In this document: in pieces, positions 28,670-41,139 of the stretch
Numbering within the stretch: the stretch's first letter is position 1
Layout: each line of letters starts with the position of its first letter
Origin: Lama guanicoe
Lineage: Eukaryota
Direction: 5' to 3'
DNA: 64,000 bases
NCBI GenBank assembly: GCA_013239625.1
Contig: MU053557.1
Location: forward strand, 4,184,123-4,248,122
The notes under the pieces: model-generated
What the model saw: only the letters and a program-made list of their open reading frames with translations
Databases searched by the model: none
What the model was told of the DNA's origin: nothing
Made by a program: the position numbers and the translations under genes

Positions 28670-29950
28670 GGGTTCCACCCTTTGTCATCCTCTACCTAAC
28701 ATCATTCCCAAAGTGAGATGATGCACGTGCACATCTTTTTTTTTTCCCCTAGGCAGATGATTCTCAAGCGTTTACTAGATTCTTAAAAGGATATGATTAC
28801 CCACCCTCAAAAGGGGTTTAAGAAAAAAAACCCTGAAAATCCTCATAGGAAACAAGATGATTGACCATTTTAGGCAATGTACTATTTTAATCATAACAAT
28901 ACAGTTACCTCTTTTCGCTAGCTAGTGTCCTAATGCAGAACATATAAATAAGCCATGTTTCTAGGAAGAGCAAAAAATAACAAACAGAAAACATCCACTT
29001 CCATGGCTTAAAATACAGCCTCTTCACTGAAGATTCCCAAAGTCATAGCTTTAGCCTAGAGCTTTCCCAGATTCACATCACATCGCAACTTGGATGATTA
29101 AAAAGCATTTCAAACTGAATTCTTCACTTTCCACTCCAACACAGAAATCTGCTCCTCCCTTACTGTTCTCTATCTCAGTAAATGGCTTCTCCATTTACCC
29201 AGTTACTCAAACCAAACACTATCTTTTTCTCACATCTTCCAACCAAACGATCAGCAAACTCACTCTCTCTCAATCCTGACTTTTTTTCATTACCTCCAAA
29301 TCCAGCACCTGGTCCAAGCCACCATCTCCTTTCACTGGAATACCACTGAACTCTCCTAACTCGTCTCCTGCAGGCTCCACGATCATCTCTTTTCCCCACA
29401 GTAGCCAGAATATTTTTTTAATGTAAATCAGATCATTTCTTGCCTGTATAAAATTCTAGTGACTTTCTATACTTAGAATAAAATCCAAACTTATCATAGG
29501 CAACCAGACCCTACATGATCCGGCCACAGCTCCTCTCCAATCTCAACTGTAGCCATGCCCCACCCCTGCGCTGCCTTCTTGCTCACTGGTTTTGCTGCTT
29601 TCCTTGACCATCAAAGCAGGCGCTCACCTCAGGCCCTTTTCACATGTTTCCTCTCCCTGGAACTCTACCTCACTTCCTTAATGACACAGCTCAAAAGTCA
29701 CTTCATTGACTACCTAAGTAAAATATCAGACCTCATTTTCTGAAAGTTTCTATCCTCTGTATCCATTCTATTTTTTTCTTCCTAATATACACATTATATA
29801 TATTCCATTGCTTCTTTATTTGATCTGTCTTCCCCATTAAAATATGTTTCAAGAGGGCATAGTTATATCTTGATCACTATTATGCCCTCAGTGCCTAGAA
29901 AAATACCTGACATATTGTACTCTCATCATAGATATTTGCTGATTCAACTA
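28670..29950 (+). mobile_element. L2 LINE (interrupted at 28721-28990 by the inverted copy)
   Basis: catccacttccatggcttaaaatac...ctatctcagtaaatggcttctccatttacccagttactca...cacagtagccagaat...aatgtaaatcagatcat...cagtgcctagaaaaatacctgacatattgtactc...gatatttgctga. Confidence 0.85.
28721..28988. repeat. Right arm of inverted duplication (apparently inserted into an L2)
   Basis: Reverse complement of 27583-27856; bounded by L2-like sequence on both sides (...cccaaagtga at 28716; catccacttccatggc at 28992). Confidence 0.95.
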
Positions 29951-30374
29951 AGTAATTAGTTAGTTTTGCAAATGAGGAAACTGAGGTTTGAAAGTTTGTA
30001 ATTTTCCCTCTGGGAGGTAATACATGGACCACACCAGAATATAATATTATAATTTTTAAAAGTATAAAAACAAAAATTCATCTTATTTAGTTACTCTTTA
30101 CTAAGAGTTAACAAGTGCCAAATACTGTCCTTTTCCTCCTCCTCCAATTTCTGAGTCTTTATCTCCATTGTTAGATGAAAAGACTAAGGGTCAGAGAGGT
30201 TAACTGACTTGCCAAAGTCACACAGCCAGCACTTGACCACACTGGGAAGCCAGGGCTGTGAATTTCAAAACTCAAGATTTATTTTGCATAGTTCTTGTCA
30301 TCTTATCACACTTACATCCACTGTTAACAAGGCAATCTCCTCATGAAAGTGAACATTTGCTTTAATTTTATGCT

Positions 30375-30872
30375 GACCATTTATTTCCTCTTTTTCTGAG
30401 ATCAGTGCCTTGCTTTTCCTTTGTGGAACCCCTCCCCGGCCTCAAGCCCAGTGATGAGCACATGATCAGGACTGGGCAATCAGAATGGACCATTCTCTGG
30501 CCACAAGGATTCATTAACTTTCCAGCTAGACGACTAATGCCAGTCCTGAGATTTTTGCTACAAAAAATCCTTCCCCTGGTGTTGCTAAGCTTATAGACTT
30601 TCAATTCAAAGTTGCTGATGACCATCAATGCCACTTTGTGGGGAGAACTTGTCTGAGAATGAAGCTAACACTCAAAGGAAAACAGAGCTGCAACATAAAG
30701 AATGCCGTGTCCTGATGAAAAAATGTAGGGCTTAAGATCTAGCAGTATCTTAAGATGCTTTTATCTTGAACTTCCCAAATACATGAGCCAACAAATTCTT
30801 TTTATTCCTCTGTAAGCCAGTTTGAGTTGGGATCCAGCCATTATCTGAAATCCAAAGAATTCTGGTTTATAT
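30375..30872 (+). mobile_element. MaLR LTR (MLT1-type)
   Basis: gagcacatgatcaggactgggcaatcagaatg...gagaatgaagctaacac...catgagccaacaaattc...taagccagtttgagttggg. Confidence 0.7.
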
Positions 30873-33800
30873 ACAAGAAAATCAATATTGCGTCTGTACA
30901 CAGATTAGAAGAAAGGAAAGCTGGAACTATAAAAATCAATTAAAAGCTAGCTAAAGGTTCATCTCATTGACACTGCATTTGACAATGTTATAACAAGGGA
31001 AAAACTATATATTCACAGCAATGTACATTGTTATATTTTTGTCATGGAAAGTCAATGAACAAATTTAAAATGACTGCCATTCAACAAGCCAGTGAGAACA
31101 TGCTTTTTAGTCAGAGAGAAAGGAATAGTAACAAAAGAGAAGCTGGTGACTAGTACCTATCCTGAATTGATACACTGAATATAGTCCACTATTGCCTGCT
31201 ATGCTCACCAGGGATATCTAATCAGAGCCATGATTATAGGGACACCACTTGCTGGAAGCATGGCTCAGAGTGACAAGGGTGTGCAAGGAATCACGCCTTT
31301 ATCTTGCATACTTATATTTCTAACTCCTTAACAAAACACTACCTAGTTAATTAAAAACACAATCAACTGAGAACATCTCCTATGCTCAGACAAAAGCTAT
31401 GTCACTTCTAAACGTTCTGCTAACTTAAAGTTCAGTTAAACCTTGTGTGCATGTGGTACATGTGCACGCGTGTGTATATGTGTGTTTTAATAACAGTCTT
31501 GCTGTATCCTTGTCTCCTTCAGTCCTAAGTCGTCATAACCAGAAAAAAAGCACAGCAAGTCCTGGGAAGGGGTGAAAGAAGGAGTCAAACAAACCCTTCT
31601 ACCATGTGAGGTACAAATGAAGGTCTCTGTTTTCTCTCAGGGCTAGGACAAGTTCAAGCCACTAATTATTCAAAACACTTTATCTGTCACAAAAGTAAAG
31701 CTATAGCAACATACTCCATCAGATTCCTTGGAGCTTCTTTCCTTTGTTGGATACACTGAGACTGATCTTTCATTAAAACACAAGGAGAAGGAGGAGGAAG
31801 AGATCAAATTCTTTATGTCGCCCAATGCTGGTTCCAACCCTCAGTTTTCTGGCTTACAAATTTTAAATAACTAAAGGGCAAACCCTGAAGGTAAGTACAC
31901 CCCATCTTTACCCTTGTTCTTTAACTTAGAATACTCTGAGAGATTGCTGTGAACAGTAGTTAATGGTTAACAGAAGGTGTGTAGTTGCATCTCTATTATG
32001 AAGAGTATGAGCATAGGGCTCAGCTGTAAATAATCCCCACCTATTGGAGTGAAATATCAATGTAGTTTGGTACATTGCCAACATTTGCCAACCTGGAGCT
32101 TTGTCATAACCTCAGCTCGCATTGCTGCACTTTGGGTTTTTTTCTTCGGTTTTGGCTGCATGGGTGGATATTCATGCATAACTGTGCATGGATTGACCAC
32201 GTTTCTTTATCAAGCACGCCTACATGGGTTAAATTTCTACATCAAAGGGCATACTCCAATATCTTTGCTTTGGACAAGTGTCAAGAATAAGTAAAACATT
32301 ATTTATCTTTATTGCCAAATTGAGGGTGGGAGCTTGGCATAATGGAAGGAACACTGGGCCAACAGTCCCTCAGTCTGGCTACCAACTCACTGTTCCCATT
32401 CTTAAGAAAGTCTGTTTACCAATCTGGGTCTCAACTGTTCCATCTAAAGAATCCACTGGGCTACAGGATGTTGGGCAGGGTGAGCAAAAGGAGAAATTTC
32501 AAGTAATTAGAACTTCTCAGAAGTTAAAAGAACTTTTGAAGAGGTGAGTTGCTTGTCATTGGAGGTATGTAGGCAGCATGTGGGTAACTATTTAAGGATG
32601 TCTAAATGAGAGATGTGATTTTGATGACTGATAGGGTTTCTTCCAATGCTAAAAGTATAGGACTGTGACAGTTCATGTTAGTTCTGTTTCTCAAAGACCA
32701 AGTGTTTTGAATGGTTTTCCAATTTTAAAAAAGGATGCAAGCTCCATCCATATATACTGTCGCAAACAGGCTCCATCTATCAAGCATGATCACAAACATT
32801 TCTAAGCAGGTGGAATTAAAAGAACAATGGAATGTGTGATTTACTAAGGCCAGATATTTGCAGAGAGTTAGCTGTCACATGCTTGTTAGTCTCATCACCT
32901 CACTGCCCTAACCCATTACCAGGCAGATGTACTACAACACCCAATCTCACCTGGATCAAACACACAAGCATTCCCCAAAATAGTCTTCTACATCCTGTGG
33001 TCATTATGATTTCCCAGTAACCTTTACTGAGGGGGGAAAAAAAACTCTTAGATCATCTGAAAACTTGCAACTGTGCAAATTCTCACTAAATGGAAGAAAA
33101 AAAATTGCTCTCCTTGGCTGTTTACTAGGACTTTGCTTTCTGGAAGATATTTGGAATTTGTAGGATCCTGTCTCAGCAATCTTTTTAAACCTCAATCAGT
33201 TGATTATACTCTGTAAAAGAATTTCTTTCTATAAATTACTCCTGAAAAAAATCACATTATTTGTTTATCCAGACACCTAAATGAAGGTAGTACACAAATG
33301 AAAATGTGTATAAACCATAAAAAAAAGAATCTGTATTTCAGGGGCTGGAACTTCATTGAAACTGTCTTTTTCTAGGCTGGAGGTCAATATGCCATTTGTG
33401 CTGTCACCTAGAAAACTTTAGTCCTAAATAAAAAGCCTCTAGCTGTTTCCTTTCCATAAATGAAAATCCATACAGATGCCAATTCAGTTACACTTAAAGG
33501 ACCACCATACTGATATATACAATTAGCATGCAAGATGGCTCTTAACTTTTTTCAAAATAACTAAGAAAATATTTTTCCTAGGTAAATAAACATTTCTGAG
33601 CTGGGAACTTTAGCTCCTTTATTAAAAAACTGATGTTTTCAATAGAGGCACACCCACTCTGCCTTTGGGGGGAAATGGATTATAAGTAAAGGGGGAACAT
33701 GAATTTCTATTCCATGTAGAACTGAGTGGAGTATATCTAGAGTATTTCTAGAAATCAGATGTTTTTTAAGGAAGCGATCCCCCGCCGCCGCCGCCAAACA

Positions 33801-34329
33801 ACGTGGTGAGGAGAGTGCAGTTACAAGAAACCAGATCCAATTAAATATGGATCTGGACTATTCATGAAGAAAAGAGGATGATTCAGAAGGCATTTATTTA
33901 TATATTTACTTTTCTGATCACCTGACAAATGTCTCACTCTCGATACGGCCATATGTTCTGTGAGGAAAGGCACAGTGCACAGGGCACTGCTGAGTGAATG
34001 GCATGACATGATATGAAAGTTTATACTTGACCATTAGGAAAGGAATTAGCCTTGTCTTTGCGTCGACAAAGTGGAGGTAGTGGGAGTCTCAAGAGAACTG
34101 AGCCTCACTGTGAGACAGACCATCCAACATCAGAGCTGTCCAATTACTGACCGTTGTGCCTTGTCAAGCAACAAGGTCCACCCACCTCAGTGGGAGGCTC
34201 GAACAGGAGCCAGAAAACCATAAGTCAGTCACGTTTGAGGGGAAGGAGCAAGTCTTGGATGATTCTGAATTCTGATGAAATCCAGGAATGCAATGAGAAC
34301 AGAAATAAATAGAGGCTGTTTATTGTAGA

Positions 34330-34497
34330 GCAGAGGTTCTCAAGTTTAAGCATGCACGAGAATCACCTGGAGGCTTGTTAAAACACAATGGCTGGGCCCC
34401 ACCTCCAAGTTTCTGATTCAGTAGGTTTAGAGTGGACGTTTTGCATTTCTAACAAGGTCCCAGGTACTGCTATGCTGCTGCTCTGGGGACCACTCCT
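34330..34497 (-). mobile_element. MER5A (hAT-Charlie)
   Basis: cagaggttctcaagtttaagcatgcacgagaatcacctggaggcttgttaaaacaca...tgcatttctaacaaggtcccagg...ctggggaccac. Confidence 0.85.
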
Positions 34498-34769
34498 TAA
34501 GGTTAAACATAGATTTCCCAAGTGTGGTTCTCATGCCTCCTGGAGAAAGCACATGATATTAGGAAGTAGGTGGATAGAGCATTAAGTACCATCGGATCGT
34601 ATGGTAAAAAATGTGTTCTCTTTTCATTTTCTATTTTAATCACTGTTATTTACATCGAAGAAAAGGACTCACGTAAGTGTTAGTTTATCTTCGAGTCCTT
34701 CCTGATATCTGGTAATCTCTCGTTTATAATAAACAGGTCCAAGGCTCACAGTCTTTTGTGAGAAACACT

Positions 34770-35212
34770 ATTGTCTTTCTGGGGTCCCGCCAAGAAGCAG
34801 ATCTTGAGGTGAAGATTAAATAGATGCACATAGTTGATCTGGCAGGTGCAGGCACCCTGGCAGGGGAGTAATGATATAGGAAAGGGAACGAGGAATGTGT
34901 TATTAAGCCATCGAAGCTTAATCCCACAGGGAAGCTCTGGGCAATAGTGTAAAACACATGCCTCAGAATTACCCTGGACAAGTAGGAAGGGAACTGGGGT
35001 TCTGACACTCTCACACCCATCATTTGGGTTGTCTACAGGGGGACATGGATTCCCAGGCACCTCCAGTCCATCATGCTTGTAAGAAAAGTCAATTTCAGCA
35101 GACTGAGGGCAGCCCTCCAAAAATTATACAGATTCATCACTGGAAGTCTGTGGTTTATACAGAAACAGTGAGAGGATCTGCAGGAAAATGGGAGGAGCAG
35201 TGGTATTATCTG
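34770..35212 (-). mobile_element. ERVL LTR (LTR16-like) nested in an older Charlie-like element (~34505-35430)
   Basis: ggggtcccgccaagaagcagatcttgaggtgaagatt...gggaactggggttctgacactctcacacccatcatttggg; flanks are Charlie-like (tttcccaagtgtggttc...; ...gtaaaataaatttatttaagg). Confidence 0.55.
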
Positions 35213-35514
35213 CTCCAACTATTTAGCTGAAATCTCATACATGGTTTTGTGTGATAAATTGCATTTATTTTTACAGTTATCTTCTATTTCTTGCAATTGG
35301 TACTCGTTTCCACTTACACTGTTTCTTTGTAAAATAAATTTATTTAAGGAAAACCAATAGATCTAAAGAAAAGTGCTTTGCAGATAATGCTCCAGGTGGC
35401 ACAGGAGGGTGGCAAGAATCACAAAGGTAGTACCCAGATGACAGAAGTTCAGGAAATGCTGACAGTGATTTAAAGCAGAGATTAGCAGAGGTTTTTTTTT
35501 TTTGTTTTTTTTTC

Positions 35515-35808
35515 CAATAAAGGGCCATTTAACAAATATCTTAGGCTTCTCAAGTATAACATCATTATCACAACTACTCAACTCTGCTGCTATAGTGTGA
35601 AAACAGCCATAGACAATACACAAATGAATGAAGACGACTGTTTTCCAATAAAATTATTTATGGAATTTGAATTTCATATGTTTTTCACTTGTCACAATAT
35701 AGTATTCTTCTTTTGATTTTTTTCAACGATTACAAAATGTAAAAATCATTCTTCACTTGCAGGCCATACAGAAATAGGCAGTCAGTCAAACAGTTTGCCA
35801 GCCCCTGA
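35515..35808 (+). mobile_element. MER58B (hAT-Charlie)
   Basis: caactactcaactctgctgctatagtgtgaaaacagccatagacaatacacaaatgaatg...ttccaataaaattatttatgga...cagtttgccagcccctg. Confidence 0.85.
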
Positions 35809-36334
35809 TTCAAGGATTAGCCTTGCAATCTGTCCTCATTCTATCAATTGCCCGTATGCCCTTGGACAAATTACTTACTTTTCTTAGCCTCAGTGGCCTC
35901 TTCTGTGTGACCCGGATGAGCACAGTACCAATGTCACAAGGTTATTGCAAAAACCAAATGAAAATAAATACTTATAAAGCAGGTGCCCAGAAAATTCACA
36001 ATGTAATGTTAGCCAGCTATTGTAACTAGGTGGTCTCCAGCTTCGCAGTGCCCCAGTCATTGGAGTCTGGATGTTTCCCACTCTGCTTCTCCACAAAGGC
36101 AGGTATGCATCTGGTGGCTGATCTTCCCTACTTTGGGATGTGTTTACAGAAATTATTTCTCTTCTCTATAGAACAAGCCCTCGAAAGTTGAGCCTGATAA
36201 TGCCCAAAAGGTTTTATCACCACTGACTTCAGAGACCTGGAATTGGGAGCAGGTCAAACTAAAATTTGCATTTCATCTAAATTAAGTCACCAAATTATAG
36301 TGTTTAGGATCTTGCAGAATTTTGCTGCTGATAT

Positions 36335-36500
36335 CAGTGGTTCTCAAACATTAGAAGACCTAAAAATCACTTGCAAAACTGCAGATTCAAGTACCTCATT
36401 CAAAGCATTTTTGAATCAGTAGGTCCAGGAGTCTGCATTTTAACAAATGTCCTAGTGATTCTGGCACAGATGATTCATAGACAGCAGTTTGGGAAACATA
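36335..36500 (-). mobile_element. MER5-family MITE
   Basis: cagtggttctcaaac...gaatcagtaggtccaggagtctgcattttaacaaatgtcctagtgattctg...tttgggaaaca. Confidence 0.7.
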
Positions 36501-38589
36501 TCAAGGCTGGATCGCAATCCACCAGGTGAGCATGCCCTTCTGAAATCCTCTTTTATAGTTTTCCCCTATCTGTTTAAATGCTTCATCAGCCAAGAGACAA
36601 GGATTACATTATTTGCTGTGCATGCCAAAAGAAAGGTCTCTGCCAGCGTATTTACCTCTTCTGCCTTCATTATTTTCTATTTCTTTTGAAACCCCTTGAG
36701 TAGAAAACAGTATATACAGAACTCTCTACTTCAGATATCATGTGCTGATTATCATATACAATTAAGCATGCCAGGGCAATCTCAAAGGACATGAGCTATT
36801 TAGGGCTTAGATGGAAATTCTTGAGCAGAATCTGCATCTTTACTAGACTAGTAAGATGTTACCTCCCCAAAGATTGCTGCCTACAATTTCCTTCCAACAG
36901 CTCCTAAACAAACCCCTTGGGGAAAAGATAAAATCATATCCATAGATTTTAGAGGGGCCCATTTAACACAGAAGAGAAGACTCCTGGGGAGGAAGCAGGG
37001 GAGTGGTCAGGACACATTTCTATAACTGGTATTTGCTGAACACATACAAGTACTAAACCTTCACATGCATTACCTAATTTCATCTTCATATCATGTTATA
37101 AAGGAGAACTGCAATTATCCCCATTTCACAGATGAAGAAACTAAGCATAGAAAGGAGGTATTGTCCAAGGCCACACTACAGCCCAGACCTTTCAACCACT
37201 AAGTTATCCCATTAAGGATCCAGATCTCAGTAGTCCCTTATCTCAATTTTTCAAGCTTAATTTTATTAGTTATTTACATAGCTCTTTGAAACCTACAGAA
37301 TGTCTACTGACACTTGAAAGATGATAATTTTTTTTTATCATATCCCAACTTTGCTCTTAGCACCACATGACTCTTGAGTTCCTCATTTTGCTTCCATAAG
37401 CCCCAGGTCTCCAGCTGTTCAATGTGGTTAAGATATCCAGCCCACCTGTCTTGCAGATCTGCTATCACTCATGAAGTTCAAATAAGATAACATATGTGAA
37501 AGTTCTCTGAACATTGTAAGAAGTTATCTAAAATGGTAATTTCCCAGGCTGTCATTTCTACAAACTACTTCTAAAATTCTGAGAAGGAAGAAAGAGTAAA
37601 TTAGTTTTGTAAAATCATCTATGTCAAAAATCATACTTTCCAGACATCTGGGGTAGGTTGTAAAGCACCAAACCTGCAAATATTTGTGGAGCAGAAGAAA
37701 TGCTGCTTCTACTTGGAAAGTAGACTAACTATCATGCTCAATGTAATGGAAATTTCAGGAGCCTGAGAATCAGCTGACCTGGGTGCTGGTCATTGTCTTG
37801 TCACTAGGTGACCTTGAGAGAGTCTTTCCCTCTCCCCTGCTAATAGATACAATGCTGTTTGGTGGTTAAAAAAAAGTGGTCAGATTGCCAGTGTTCAATC
37901 CACCACCTCCTCATGAGTGATCTTGGGCAAGTCATGCCACCTGTCTTGGTTTCAATTTCCCAATTATAAAAATGAGAATTAGAAACAGCTGTTTACTTTG
38001 AAATCATCCCCCAAATGGATTGATGAATGGATAGAAGAGTGGACAGACAGAAATATGATAAGGAAAATTAGTAAAATGTTCATTGTAGAATCTAAGTGGT
38101 AAGTATATGGAAGTTCACTATATAATTCTTTGAACTTTTCTCTTAAACACTTTTAACAATAAAATATTGGGAAATTTTAAAATGCAACAACAGTGTTGTC
38201 AGAAGAGTAGGATGAAACATAGACCTCTCAGCAATGCCCATGGTAAGTGCTTGGCATACTTTTGTAATGATTATTTACTGTGCAGGTAGAAGATGGGACA
38301 AGATGATAGATGCCTTCAGAGCTCTTATAATCTGTGAGTCAGAGCTGTGCCAGGTGAGCCAGAGACATGACATGCATGAGCAGAAAGAGAAGCCAGACCA
38401 CATGGCATAGAAATCAGATGGACAGAGAGGAGCCAGAATGCAGCCACAGAAGTATCAGAAACCAGGAGGTATGCACAAACAGAAGCAGCAGGACCCTATG
38501 CAGGGGATGCCCAACATGGGAGTACCCTGAAAATAAAGGCAAGTGACCATCATTACATGTCAAGTTAATGTGTTTCTCTCTCAACTATT

Positions 38590-39205
38590 CCTTTGGTAGG
38601 AGAAATGCACCAGATTTCGAGTCAACCCTGTGCTCAAATCCTGTCTCTGCTATACTAGTTATGTGACAGCAGGAGATACTCATTAAAGCATCACTAGATC
38701 ACTTGTGCTGGGAATACCCACCACAATATAAGAGTGAGACCTTGGCATTTATACCTCTGCTATGACCTTGGGCCAATCTGATTCTGTCTCTCAAGAATTT
38801 GAATGGAGATACACACTAATAAGAATATGTCACATTAATGATACAGCAATGGGGAAAAGACTGTGAACTCCCAGAGCTGAATTATCTGAAGATGACCTGG
38901 TTTCCAACCTTCCTGGGGTCTAGTTCCTTGAACTGACGAGAGCCCCATTATCCTTCCAATAAATTCCACTTTTTGCTTAAGCAAGAAAGTGCTGACTTTT
39001 ATTATGTATACACAAAAATATACATTTACTAATACAATTAGCCTTCTGAAAACACAAGGTTGTTCTTTAAATTTGCAGACTTTGGCTTCCTCATCTGTAA
39101 ACAAGAACAACAACTCTTCTTTCAGGGGTTTGATATAAAAATCAAAAAAGACTAGGTGTATATAACTCCACAATACGTAGTACATATTCAATAAACATTA
39201 CTTGA
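38590..39205 (+). mobile_element. MIR interrupted by a MaLR LTR fragment (~38690-39025)
   Basis: MIR head (gtgctcaaatcctgtctctgctatactagttatgtgac) and MIR core/tail (ggcttcctcatctgtaaacaag...cattcaataaacattac) separated by LTR-like ccttccaataaattccactttttgcttaagc. Confidence 0.6.
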
Positions 39206-39904
39206 ATTGAACATGAGTTTCAGAATCACTACATCATTCTGAGCAAGTACTGAGAGTCACCTTGCCTAGGTGAAGGATGGGTGGCCATGCAAAATGAAAT
39301 AGGTGCTGGTAATCAAGAAGAAAGAAGGAGTTTACAGAATTTGAAATTTGGTTTTAAAAGAAACTTTTCTGGTTGAGATTTTTAAAAATTTAATCAGTTA
39401 CATCAATGTTCTGACTTGAGTTTCTGTTGGGTTTCTTCATTGTGCTAATGTTGATTTGAAAGGGAAAAAAAGTAGAAAGCCACAGGAAACAAAAGCTGGA
39501 TGGACTAGTCAGAATTTATCTGGCAGTAGACAAGATATTAAATTATCTTTTATTTGGATTATCCTGTGAATAATGAGGAATTTTATTATTCAAATTGAGG
39601 TAGCAGTAGGGGAGGGTGGAAGTAGGGAACAAGAAAAGATCTAAGATCAGAATTATTCCAACCTAGAAACACTATAACTGACAAAAAGCAAAGGTTTTTC
39701 TGAAATTCAAAATGAGAGGCAAAGCTTAGATGCTTAGTGACAGATGTCAATTAGTTCCTAGCAATTATCGTTCTTTCAATCTTGCTCTATCCATTGATTC
39801 TCCTAAATCCAAATGTTGAGTTATCTTAAAAATAAGATATCTCTTTATTTTAAAAAATCTCAAGGGGGTGGATTGTGAGCTTTATTTGGTTATTAGGTTT
39901 TAAT

Positions 39905-40045
39905 CATGTGGTTCACTATTGTGGTCCCTGGACCAGCAGCATCAGCACCACCCGGGAGCCTGTTAGAAATGCTAATTCTCAGACCTCAACCCAGAAGCAC
40001 TGAAACCAAAATTCTGGGAACAGGGACCAGCAATCTGGGTGTTGA
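39905..40045 (+). mobile_element. MER5A fragment
   Basis: gtggtccctggaccagcagcatcagcaccacccgggagcctgttagaaatgctaattctcagacc. Confidence 0.85.
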
Positions 40046-40679
40046 TATAGGGTCTTAGAGGGAATAGTCAACTTTCTTAGGGCTTGCCTTGGATCTTTGA
40101 GCTTAACAGTAACTGGTACAGTAGTCATTCTTACTCTGGCTATATTTAAGTTAGCTCTACCAATAAGCCTGTTTGGTGGCTATTTACATCACACTATATT
40201 GTCCCCTATCCAACTACGTACAACTTTCTACTGCCTCAAGGTATAAAAACAGCACGCAGAATGGAAGAATGAAAGGGCAGGCCAAAAAGAATATGGAAGT
40301 AGGGTGTTGATAAAATATGCCGAAGTAATTTTGGTGACAGAAGTGATATCTAAAGTTTAGATGTGGTGAGGACTTAATTGTTTTGCTCCTTTCTGCCATC
40401 CTTCTTTTTCCCTGAGCTCCTCTCCCACCAATTTATCCAACCCTGTCACTACCCCTTTCACTCTGTGTATGCCTTGGAGCTATTTCTGAATAACTGGAAT
40501 ACAAAGAATGGGAAGACAAAAAAAGGGAAGAAATCACATTATTTCAGCTGAACACAACTACCAACCTCGTAGTCTCTAGCCTTCCTAGAAGCAGACTTGA
40601 TTCTGCAATTGAACTAGATGATGTTTAAGATCATTTCCCACTGTGACATAAAGATCCCATTCACTGAAGCCAGTTGACT

Positions 40680-40910
40680 GTGGGCGTTCAGAACACAGAC
40701 CCTGGAGTCCACAACCCAGCCCCAGCTCTACCATTTCACAGCTGAGAGAACTCGGGCTTGTTATTCCACCTAAGTTTGAGTTACCTCAAAATAAAAGTAT
40801 CTCTCTCATAGGACTCTTAATGAAGATTAAATGAGATCATCTATGTAAAGCATTTAGAACTGTACCTGGCACATAACAAGGCTAGATTAATGTGAGCTAT
40901 TAGGATTATT
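40680..40910 (+). mobile_element. MIR SINE
   Basis: gaagattaaatgagatcatctatgtaaagcatttagaactgtacctggcacataa. Confidence 0.8.
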
Positions 40911-41139
40911 ATTACATTGTCTCTAAAACACTTCTCAGCCTTCAGCAACATCTTGAGCATTTCCAGACATAGCAACAAGGCAGTAAGAAACCAGGAGGCA
41001 TAAAGGTAAATGTGTGAGGGTGGCTAAGTTGGAAGAGGGTGGAAAAGCACTTGGCAACACAGCAGTTCATCTGTCTATTAAAACACTTTGTTGTAAGGTC
41101 TTTCTGTACAAGGCCCCAAAACTTGTGCTTGTATTACAA

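Noticed and set aside
27583..28988. Inverted arms as the terminal inverted repeats of a new DNA transposon
   Set aside because: No TSD at the outer ends, the spacer holds only unrelated MIR and Charlie debris, and the arm truncates within a pre-existing MITE; local duplication fits better.
33831..33856. Perfect 9-bp hairpin CCAGATCCA-N8-TGGATCTGG
   Set aside because: Same chance expectation; no supporting structure.
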